Of a stretch of 64,000 nt of DNA, positions 56,987 to 64,000 are shown piece after piece. Every line of letters begins with the position of its first letter. Position 1 is the first letter of the stretch. The stretch comes from an uncultured Methanosarcinales archaeon (GTDB lineage Archaea; Nanobdellota; Nanobdellia; Woesearchaeales; CAIVOO01). Location: assembly GCA_964485195.1 (NCBI GenBank), contig CAZAIK010000006.1:12720-76719 (forward strand), read 5' to 3'. A program made the translations under genes and the position numbers. The notes under the pieces are model-generated. The model had not been told where the DNA came from, did not search any database, and saw only the letters and a program-made list of their open reading frames with translations.

Positions 56987-57792
56987 AAAAAGACCTGAAA
57001 TTTGGATTTATGTGCTGTTTAAACCCTGTTGAGAAGTCCTTTGATTATGCACTTTCCAATGAAATGCAGCATATTGAGATGGACCTCATCAAGGATTTTC
57101 ACGCCATAGAAACATTTGATGCCAAGCGCGTTAACAAAATAAAAAAATTGGCAGACGAAAATAAAATTTCACTGAGCCTTCACACCCCCTACACCATAAA
57201 CCCTGGGGAGGAAGTTGAGTTTTTCAGGAAAGCGAATGAAAACTATCTAAAAAAATTAATTTTGCTGGCAAAAAAGTTAAATTGTACCCACATTACCGCA
57301 CATATGGGTTTTTGGGTTGGCCTGCCTCATTGGGAATGGAAAAGAAAAAAGGGGTTGGATTCCCTTGTCAAAACAATAAAGCACATCATTCCTTTACTGA
57401 GGAAAAATAAAATTTATCTCGCCCTTGAGAATGTTAATCCTATGCCTAAAAATTCTGAGTTTCAATTGCTTGGGGACAGCATTAAGGATTTGAGATATAT
57501 TTATTCTGAACTAAAATCACCTTATGTAAAGATGTGTCTTGACACCGGGCACGCGAATGTTAGCGACGGTCCAGCAAAATATATTCAGGAATTCGGCAAG
57601 AAAATTGTCTGCTGCCATTTCCATGACAACAAAGGGCGGAATGATGAGCATCTTCCTGTTGGTAGGGGCACAATAAACTGGGAAAGGGTATGTGAGGAAT
57701 TCAATAAAATTAATTTTAAGGGTCCTTTCATATCAGAAGTTTTTAACAAGAATCCAAAAGAATCCAGAAAAGACTTTATTAAGTTTTTTTAG
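56983..57792 (+). CDS. xylose-isomerase-like TIM-barrel protein, probable AP endonuclease family 2 (endonuclease IV-like)
   Basis: 269 aa. SLHTPYTINPG, CLDTGHANVSDG, HFHDNKGRNDEHLPVGRGTINWE resemble Endo IV metal-site motifs. Confidence 0.55.
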   Translation: MKKDLKFGFMCCLNPVEKSFDYALSNEMQHIEMDLIKDFHAIETFDAKRVNKIKKLADENKISLSLHTPYTINPGEEVEFFRKANENYLKKLILLAKKLNCTHITAHMGFWVGLPHWEWKRKKGLDSLVKTIKHIIPLLRKNKIYLALENVNPMPKNSEFQLLGDSIKDLRYIYSELKSPYVKMCLDTGHANVSDGPAKYIQEFGKKIVCCHFHDNKGRNDEHLPVGRGTINWERVCEEFNKINFKGPFISEVFNKNPKESRKDFIKFF

Positions 57793-58108
57793 TCCTGGCC
57801 TTTGCGCCTTCTTCTGGTTTTTCCCTTGCTTTTCTCTTTTTCTTCGGCCTTTCAGCTGTTCTCTTGGGCTTGGTTTCCCTGGTTCCTACACCCGCCTTTT
57901 TCAATTCTTTGGAAATATCAGATTTTGACGCCCCTTTCTTGATGGTTATTTTTTGGTTTGTGGGCTCCAGATGCTTGATGTTGACCTTCTTGCTTCTTGT
58001 CTCTCCCATAACATTAACAAAATTATCATCTATCACTTCTGTGACTACGCATTTCCTGTTGGAATCCCTCCCTGCTGTTTTAATGCAAATCCTTCCTGTT
58101 TCTATCAT
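57779..58108 (-). CDS. rpl14e: 50S ribosomal protein L14e (KOW), K-rich tail
   Basis: 109 aa. GRICIKTAGRDSNRKCVVTEVIDDNFVNV. Confidence 0.8.
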   Translation of the reverse strand: MIETGRICIKTAGRDSNRKCVVTEVIDDNFVNVMGETRSKKVNIKHLEPTNQKITIKKGASKSDISKELKKAGVGTRETKPKRTAERPKKKRKAREKPEEGAKARTKKT

Positions 58109-58368
58109 CCTCTGACCTTTTCCTTGATTTTTGCCTTAGAGCATTTGGAGCATAAAACCCCTCCAAACGGCCTTTCCGGTCTCCTCCGGGTTTTAGGAAG
58201 CTTTTTCAGCTGATTTGGGGTCTTTCTGCCCACCCCCTGCAAGGGAGAGCTGCAAACGGCACAATGAGCCCCTCTGGGGCTCTTTTTTTCATAATGGATT
58301 ACTGAAGTATTGGCTGGAACTTTCTTTTTGATCCTTCTGAATGTCCTTGATTTGGTTCTGGACTGCAT
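58105..58368 (-). CDS. rpl34e: 50S ribosomal protein L34e
   Basis: 87 aa. CAVCSSPLQGV...CSKC zinc ribbon, basic. Confidence 0.8.
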   Translation of the reverse strand: MQSRTKSRTFRRIKKKVPANTSVIHYEKKSPRGAHCAVCSSPLQGVGRKTPNQLKKLPKTRRRPERPFGGVLCSKCSKAKIKEKVRG

Positions 58369-58452
58369 TTTGTTGAAAATGACCCCTTTCCTTTTTAAAT
58401 CTTTTTAATAGAAAAGGGAAAATTTATAAACCTATTTTTTGAATTTTTTGTC

Positions 58453-59082
58453 ATGAGAGTTTCCAACAAGACACTGGAGGATGTTATCAAGGAAGTTGCA
58501 GGGGAGGATGTTATCCCTTTGGTTAACATACTCAAAAAAAAGAAAAATGTCTCAGAATTCAAGCTTGCAGAACTGCTGAATCTTAATGTTAATGTCGTAA
58601 GGAATATGCTTTACAGGCTTTACCACCAAAACCTTGTGCATTTTGTAAGGAAAAAGGACAAGAAAAAGGGTTGGTACATATATTACTGGACTTTTAACAT
58701 GAAAAGGGTAAATACCCTTCTTGAGGATATCAGGAGGAAAAGGGTGGAAAAGCTTAAGGAGAGGCTGGAAAGGGAAAAGAATAATTTCTTTTTTATCTGC
58801 CCTAATGAATGTATGCGTCTGGATTTTGAAAAGGCAATGGATTACGGATTCCGCTGCCCTGAATGTGGAGAGCTTATGGGGCAGGAAGACAATGTGCAGA
58901 AGATAAAAGGAATAGAGGAAGAAATTAGCAAACTTGCCAAAGCTGAAAAGAAAAAACCAGCTATAAAAAAGAAAACAGTTGCGAAGAAAACCAAAAAGGT
59001 GGGAAAAAAGACAGATAGCAGGAAAAAGAAAAAGGTAACCAAAACCAAAAAGAAAGTCAAAAAGAAAAAATCAGGCAAGTGA
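58453..59082 (+). CDS. tfe: transcription factor E (TFE, TFIIE-alpha homolog), K-rich tail
   Basis: 209 aa. Winged helix plus zinc ribbon CPNEC...CPECG. Confidence 0.75.
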   Translation: MRVSNKTLEDVIKEVAGEDVIPLVNILKKKKNVSEFKLAELLNLNVNVVRNMLYRLYHQNLVHFVRKKDKKKGWYIYYWTFNMKRVNTLLEDIRRKRVEKLKERLEREKNNFFFICPNECMRLDFEKAMDYGFRCPECGELMGQEDNVQKIKGIEEEISKLAKAEKKKPAIKKKTVAKKTKKVGKKTDSRKKKKVTKTKKKVKKKKSGK

Positions 59083-59805
59083 GTTTCTGCGAAATTCCGA
59101 AGGCCTTACTATCCCCTGATGGTTTATGACTGCTGTGATAAAGTTTTCCCTGGTTTCCTCATAATTATCCTTCTTGTTGCTTAACTCCAGCGAATTCAGA
59201 ACACAATATGTTGCCACGTTTTTGTTCCTTGCAGCTTCCAGAATATTGTTTATTCCCTGGAAAGCAACCAACTTTTTCCTGGAAGAAATGCCCTGTGGCT
59301 CGAAGAGCATTATGTCTGCTTTTTCCAGAGCATTTGGTATTAAGATATCAGAATAATGTTTTACATCAATTCCCATTTTATTTGCCTGTTCCAGGACCTT
59401 TTTGCCTTTCTGTTCAGGACCGGAGTCCGCTGTCAAAAGGGTGAATTTCGTTCCGTTTTCTTTAGCTGTTTTAAGGGCATTCAAAACCCTCGGTGAATAC
59501 CCATAAACAAAAACTACAGAACCTTTTTTGATTTTCTGGGCAACTATCCGGGGTATTTCGCCTTCTGCCTGTTTTATTTGTTTTTTGTGCTTGTTAATTT
59601 TATTTTTAATTTCTTGTTTTAGTTCTGCAATTGGCTTGATTTTCAGGTCAAACAGGATATTTGACACATTTTTTTGCTCTTCAGGGCATTGTTTAAGAAA
59701 CTGGTTTTTGGCGTAATTTACTTTGTGTAGTAGAAATACTGAAGTTTTAATTTTTTTATTGTTAACGGTTTTTTCTATTTCTGAAAGCAGGTTTGCTATT
59801 TTCAA
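59071..59805 (-). CDS. eIF-2B alpha/beta/delta family protein (aIF-2B-like)
   Basis: 244 aa. VVFVYGYSPRVLNALKTAKENGTKFTLLTADSGPEQKG Rossmann-like signature of the family. Confidence 0.6.
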   Translation of the reverse strand: MKIANLLSEIEKTVNNKKIKTSVFLLHKVNYAKNQFLKQCPEEQKNVSNILFDLKIKPIAELKQEIKNKINKHKKQIKQAEGEIPRIVAQKIKKGSVVFVYGYSPRVLNALKTAKENGTKFTLLTADSGPEQKGKKVLEQANKMGIDVKHYSDILIPNALEKADIMLFEPQGISSRKKLVAFQGINNILEAARNKNVATYCVLNSLELSNKKDNYEETRENFITAVINHQGIVRPSEFRRNSLA

Positions 59806-59820
59806 TTTAAATGAAAAAGA

Positions 59821-60027
59821 TTATTTCTTGAGCATTCGCTCAATTTTCTTTTCTTCTTTTTCTATAACCTCTTCTTCCTTTGCTATTTTCCTGGTAACTT
59901 TCATTATGTTCTCGTCCATTCTCGCTATTCTTCTTTCCAGCAGGACCAGTATCCTCAAGCTGTAAACAATAGCTGCAAGAGTACCCACAATGATTGCGAG
60001 TGTAATGCCCTCAACACTTATTGCCAT
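59821..60027 (-). CDS. small TM + coiled-coil protein (hypothetical)
   Basis: 68 aa. One TM then K/E helix. Confidence 0.3.
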   Translation of the reverse strand: MAISVEGITLAIIVGTLAAIVYSLRILVLLERRIARMDENIMKVTRKIAKEEEVIEKEEKKIERMLKK

Positions 60028-60135
60028 TTTAACGCCTCCTTTTTGTTTTAAAACCGCTTTAAATATAAAATTTTCTTTTTAAATATTAAAATCTATCGTT
60101 TTTAAACAAATTATTTACTTTATAGAAAATAATTA

Positions 60136-60951
60136 TTACTTCAGGGTTTTCCAGGCCTTTTCAAATAGGGCATTAATAGAAGATGAGAGAAAAGGGGAGT
60201 TTATCCATACTCCGGAATCGTATGTGGGGTGAACTTGAGAATCATCTGAAATCATAAAGGTTGTGTGTTTTCCATCTATTACCACAAACCTTCCCTTAAT
60301 TTCGTCCGAGGTCCTGATTTCTGCCACACCTTTGAGCTCCTTTTCTATCCCTTGGTATTTTGAGTCTTCAGGTATTATTATCTTTATCTTCACGCCTTTG
60401 TTTTTGGCCTTTAAGAGGGATTTTTTAAGGGACTCTGATTTTCTTTTTATACCTTCATTTGAAGTGACCATTAAAACAGATTTTTCACTGTCCTTTATTG
60501 CGGAATCAAGGTGATTATATAAGTTGTGGCGGCCTTTAATGGCTCCTGAGATGTCCACGGGATCTATTAAATCCATGCCCTGTGAATGTAGGTTTTTTAG
60601 CTCTTCTATTGTCTTTGAGCTTTTTATTTTTTCAAGGGACGCAACCTGCTCTTTCGTGTCTTTTTCAACCCTCTTTTTGACTCTCTCAATAACCTCTGAT
60701 GGTTGAACAGCGATGTACTTGATTGGCTTACCGACCTTCATAATTATAAATCCTTTTTTCTCCAGGCTTTCCAGAACGTCATAACTCCTGGACCTGGGAA
60801 CGTTGGCAATGTCAGAAAGCTCACCAGCAGTGGAAACACCCCTGGAAAGCAAAGCTACCCATAACCTAGCTTCATAACTGTTAAGACCCAAATCCTTAAG
60901 TTTCTTTAAAAACTCCTGTTTGATAAGCATTTTGTCCTTTTTCAACGTCAA
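60136..60951 (-). CDS. TrmB-family transcriptional regulator (paralog B)
   Basis: 271 aa. Same architecture as 52956..53768; identical 36-aa HTH. Confidence 0.7.
   Translation of the reverse strand: MTLKKDKMLIKQEFLKKLKDLGLNSYEARLWVALLSRGVSTAGELSDIANVPRSRSYDVLESLEKKGFIIMKVGKPIKYIAVQPSEVIERVKKRVEKDTKEQVASLEKIKSSKTIEELKNLHSQGMDLIDPVDISGAIKGRHNLYNHLDSAIKDSEKSVLMVTSNEGIKRKSESLKKSLLKAKNKGVKIKIIIPEDSKYQGIEKELKGVAEIRTSDEIKGRFVVIDGKHTTFMISDDSQVHPTYDSGVWINSPFLSSSINALFEKAWKTLK
60755..60850. repeat. inverted copy of the 96-bp identical segment at 53048-53143
   Basis: Reverse complement matches paralog A exactly; flanks diverge. Confidence 0.6.
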
Positions 60952-60989
60952 TTAACCACAACTAGTATTTAAATGTTTTTATTTTTACT

Positions 60990-61217
60990 CTTATATAGTG
61001 ATAAATAACAACATAACCACCCTGTTGTTTCCTTTGGAAATTTCATTTAAATAAAAACTATTTTTTTAATAATAATATTTTTCTATATAGAAAATAATAT
61101 AAAAAAGAACCTTCATTCTTAAAATCATTACTTCCATAAGAAACAAAGGGGGCAGTAAATACCAAAATTATATAAACAACCCATTTCTTATGGAAAACGA
61201 ACAAAGAGGGGTTTAAC
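60990..61217. promoter_or_regulatory. candidate replication origin (oriC): ORB-like elements flanking an AT-rich unwinding region upstream of orc1/cdc6
   Basis: ORB-like TTCCTTTGGAAAT (inverted, about 61020-61045), about 85-bp >85% AT stretch, then TTCCATAAGAAACAAAGGGGG (about 61133-61155) and TTCTTATGGAAAACGAACAAAGAGGGG (about 61188-61214), similar to archaeal ORB consensus TCCA-N-TGGAAA...GGGG. Confidence 0.5.
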
Positions 61218-62417
61218 ATGAGCAAGGCTTCAGAAATTTTTGAGGGTTTTCTTTCTAAAAATTCAATATTCATTGATAAAAAAGTGTTGCAGGCCAACTA
61301 CACCCCCGAAAACATACCGCACAGGGAAGAGCAGATAGAGCAGATAGCGAAAATATTGGCCCCTGTTTTGAGATTGGATAAACCCTCAAACCTTTTTATA
61401 TATGGTAAAACAGGAACCGGAAAAACACTTTCTGTTATTCACACTACCAACAAAATAAAACAACTGGCAGACGAAAGAGAGATACCCATAAAGATAATAT
61501 ACCTAAACTGCAAACTAAAGAAAATAGCTGACACTGAATACAGATTAATAGCCCAAATAGTGAGAGAGTTGGGCAAGGAAATAGCAATCACGGGCCTGCC
61601 CACGGACGAGGTCTACAAATATTTTTTTAATATAATTGACCAGAAAAGACAGCTTATGGTCCTTATACTTGATGAAGTGGATCAACTTATAAAAAAAACA
61701 GGCGACGAAGTCCTTTACAATTTAACCAGGATAAACACAGATTTAAAAGAATCGCAAATTAGTGTTATCGGAATTTCCAATGATTTGATATTTACAGATT
61801 CATTGGATCCCAGAATAAGGTCCTCCCTGTCTGAAGAGGAAATAATGTTCAAGCCCTACAACGCGCTACAGATCCAAGACATACTAAGGGAAAGGACAGA
61901 AAAGGCACTTAAAAAAAACACGATAAAGCAGGGAGCGATAGCAAAATGCGCAGCATATGCTGCCAGAGAACACGGCGACGCAAGAAGAGCATTAGAACTC
62001 TTAAGGGTCGCAGGGGAACTCGCGGACAGGGAAGGTGCCGGAGAGGTGGCAATAAAACACCTTGACGAGGCCGAAGAAAAGTTAGAGAAAGACAGGATAG
62101 TGGACATTGTGACCTCGCAACCCAAGCAGTTCCAGGCCATCCTCTATTCAATCCTTCTTTCCTCTGCCAAAAAAAACAAAATATTTGAAACAGGAGACTT
62201 ATACAATACATACAGGAAAATATGCACTAACATTAACTTAAGACCGCTGACCCAGAGGAGAGTCTCGGACATAGTGGGAGAACTTGATATGTTGGGGGTT
62301 ATAAACGCTAAAACAATTTCTAAAGGAAGGTATGGCAGGACAAGGGAGATATCATTGGCAATAAATCAAGCAACAGAACAGAAAGTAATGGAAATTATTG
62401 AGAAGGAAATATATTAA
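61218..62417 (+). CDS. cdc6: Orc1/Cdc6 replication initiator
   Basis: 399 aa. Walker A GKTGTGKT, Walker B VLILDEVD, C-terminal winged helix. Confidence 0.9.
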   Translation: MSKASEIFEGFLSKNSIFIDKKVLQANYTPENIPHREEQIEQIAKILAPVLRLDKPSNLFIYGKTGTGKTLSVIHTTNKIKQLADEREIPIKIIYLNCKLKKIADTEYRLIAQIVRELGKEIAITGLPTDEVYKYFFNIIDQKRQLMVLILDEVDQLIKKTGDEVLYNLTRINTDLKESQISVIGISNDLIFTDSLDPRIRSSLSEEEIMFKPYNALQIQDILRERTEKALKKNTIKQGAIAKCAAYAAREHGDARRALELLRVAGELADREGAGEVAIKHLDEAEEKLEKDRIVDIVTSQPKQFQAILYSILLSSAKKNKIFETGDLYNTYRKICTNINLRPLTQRRVSDIVGELDMLGVINAKTISKGRYGRTREISLAINQATEQKVMEIIEKEIY

Positions 62418-63845
62418 ATGGATGAGTTAAACGAAAAGAAAAAAGCAGTAGAAGTATTGATAAACAATAATTTTATGGTAGACAATGAAATTTTATTAAA
62501 ACTTGAAAAGCAGGAAACTCTTCAGGAGATTTTGGCACTCCCTCCAGAAACAACTGAACAGGAAATAAAAGACATATTGTTCCCCCCTTCAAAAGATGTT
62601 AAAATAATAAAGTCTTACAAGGAAGTGGGAAGGAAACGAAAAGTTGATGATTTTATTGCTTATTTCAATACAAGATACCAGAGACTGAAGGAAATCCTTC
62701 AGAAAAAACAGGAACTTCAGGAAGCCATTTCAATTAAAAGGGTGCTGGACAAGACAGAGAAGGAAAATATCACCATAATAGGTATGGTGTATGAAAAGAA
62801 CTTAACTAAAAACAACAACATTATGCTTACGCTGGAAGATCCCACAGGCCGCATAAACGTGGTGGTAAACAACAGGAAATCAGACCTTTTCAGAATAGCG
62901 CAGGATTGTGTCTGCGACGAGGTTATAGGTTTGGTGGGGGCGTGCGGCAGCAACGTCATATTTGCAAACAGCATAGTCCTCCCCGAAATACCCCCAACCA
63001 AGGAGCTGAAAAAGGGCCCCAACGACTGCTATGCGGTGTTCACGGGAGACCAGCACGTGGGAGCAGACCAGTTCCTGAGGGAAAAATTTGACAATTTTAT
63101 AGCATGGCTAAACTGTGAAGTGGGAAGCGAGGAGCAGAAGGAAATAGCTAAGAAGACCAAATACCTGTTTTTGGTTGGAGATCTCGTAGACGGCGTAGGA
63201 ATACACCCTGCACAGTTTGACCAGCTCGAAATAAAGGATGTGAAGGAACAATATTCAAAACTTGCTGAAGAGCTCCAGAAAATTCCAGGAAGCATAGAAA
63301 TTGTGGTGTGCCCGGGCAACCACGACGCCTTGCGGCTCATGGAACCTCAGCCCTCCCTGAACTATGATTATGCAGGCAAATTACAAGAAATGCCAAATGT
63401 GCATATGGTAAGCAACCCCGCTGTGGTAAACATAGATTCAACTGAGAATTTTGATGGCTTTGATATACTGCTGTATCACGGGGCCAGCTTCCACTACTAT
63501 GCTGAAAATGTTGCAAGCATAAGCAGCGAAGGCGGGGCAACCAGGGCGGACCTCATAATGAAATTTTTGCTTCAGAAAAGGCATTTGGCGCCTGAGCACA
63601 CCTCGGTGACCTATTCTCCCAGGGCAGAAGAGGACCCGCTACTGATAGAATCAGTGCCGGATTTTTTTATAACAGGACATATCCACAGGTCCACCATTTC
63701 CACATACAGAAACATCACACTGGTTAACTGCTCGTGCTGGATAGGCATGACAGACTTTCAGGAAAAAGTGGGGCTGGTGCCTGAGCCAGGAAGAGCGGTC
63801 GCAGTTAATCTCAGGACCAGGGAAACAAAGGTAATCAAGTTTTAG
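62418..63845 (+). CDS. DNA polymerase II (PolD) small subunit DP1
   Basis: 475 aa. OB fold plus calcineurin-like phosphoesterase motifs VFTGDQHVG, GDLVDG, GNHD, GHIH. Confidence 0.85.
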   Translation: MDELNEKKKAVEVLINNNFMVDNEILLKLEKQETLQEILALPPETTEQEIKDILFPPSKDVKIIKSYKEVGRKRKVDDFIAYFNTRYQRLKEILQKKQELQEAISIKRVLDKTEKENITIIGMVYEKNLTKNNNIMLTLEDPTGRINVVVNNRKSDLFRIAQDCVCDEVIGLVGACGSNVIFANSIVLPEIPPTKELKKGPNDCYAVFTGDQHVGADQFLREKFDNFIAWLNCEVGSEEQKEIAKKTKYLFLVGDLVDGVGIHPAQFDQLEIKDVKEQYSKLAEELQKIPGSIEIVVCPGNHDALRLMEPQPSLNYDYAGKLQEMPNVHMVSNPAVVNIDSTENFDGFDILLYHGASFHYYAENVASISSEGGATRADLIMKFLLQKRHLAPEHTSVTYSPRAEEDPLLIESVPDFFITGHIHRSTISTYRNITLVNCSCWIGMTDFQEKVGLVPEPGRAVAVNLRTRETKVIKF

Positions 63846-63849
63846 GAAA

Positions 63850-64000
63850 ATGCAGGGCACATCATCGCATATGGAAAGTTATTTTGAGGGGTTGTTAAAA
63901 AAAACAAGCGAAGCCTATGCCGTGGCTGAAGCTGCCAGGAAAAAGGGCTACGATCCTGAGGAAACCACAGACATCCCTTTAGCTAAGAATATGGCTGAGC
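63850..64000 (+). CDS. DNA polymerase II (PolD) large subunit DP2, N-terminal fragment (continues beyond window)
   Basis: MQGTSSHMESYFEGLLKKTSEAYAVAEAARKKGYDPEETTDIPLAKNMAE matches the conserved DP2 N-terminus (...ARSKGYDP...IPLAKD...). Confidence 0.6.
   Translation, partial: MQGTSSHMESYFEGLLKKTSEAYAVAEAARKKGYDPEETTDIPLAKNMAE

Noticed and set aside
1-64000. CRISPR arrays, rRNA genes, IS elements or transposases, integrases
   Set aside because: No regularly spaced direct repeats, no rRNA-like conserved stretches, and no transposase or integrase-like ORFs were seen by eye in any intergenic region. The only long repeat is the 96-bp TrmB gene-conversion tract.

Overview
Archaeal chromosomal segment with about 42% GC overall and dense housekeeping content. 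The gene set and compact proteins suggest a DPANN-type or similarly reduced archaeon, which is an inference from gene content only.

Main content:
- Ribosomal superoperon (about 17.7-31.9 kb, + strand) in canonical archaeal order: L3, L4, L23, L2, S19, L22, S3, L29, SUI1, Rpp29, S17, L14, L24, S4e, L5, S14, S8, L6, L32e, L19e, L18, S5, L30, L15, SecY, then a DUF106 YidC-like gene with no adk.
- Replication and repair genes spread over the window: DnaG-like primase, a PriS primase with a PriL-like Cys tail, Hef/FANCM helicase-nuclease, Hjc, FEN1, RFC small subunit, Orc1/Cdc6 with ORB-type origin elements upstream, PolD small subunit and the start of PolD large subunit, dUTPase, and an endonuclease-IV-like protein.
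- tRNA and translation genes: TrmI, Trm5, RNase Z, EndA, PheS/PheT, Pelota, TFE, an eIF2B-like protein, PAN, L14e, L34e.
- Two archaeal histones, two PRC-barrel proteins, and two TrmB-like regulators that share a 96-bp identical inverted segment.

Most unusual regions:
- A five-gene minus-strand cluster (45.6-51.7 kb) encoding only extracytoplasmic proteins: a pilin-like signal-anchored protein, a 646-aa polytopic membrane protein, and three tandem paralogous Cys-containing lipoproteins.
- A 27%-GC island (13.65-14.39 kb) carrying a membrane-anchored hypothetical.
- A methyltransferase gene split across two, possibly three, frames with a homopolymer run at the junction (39.4-40.2 kb).
- A candidate C/D-box sRNA (about 40.30 kb).
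- A 160-nt nested-stem structured RNA candidate (7.55-7.72 kb).

No CRISPR array, rRNA or confident tRNA gene was seen.

Coordinate caveat: my position counts disagree with the supplied ORF track by one nucleotide at two homopolymer runs. Feature coordinates derived from my own counting (ncRNAs, origin elements, repeats) carry about +/-1-2 nt uncertainty.
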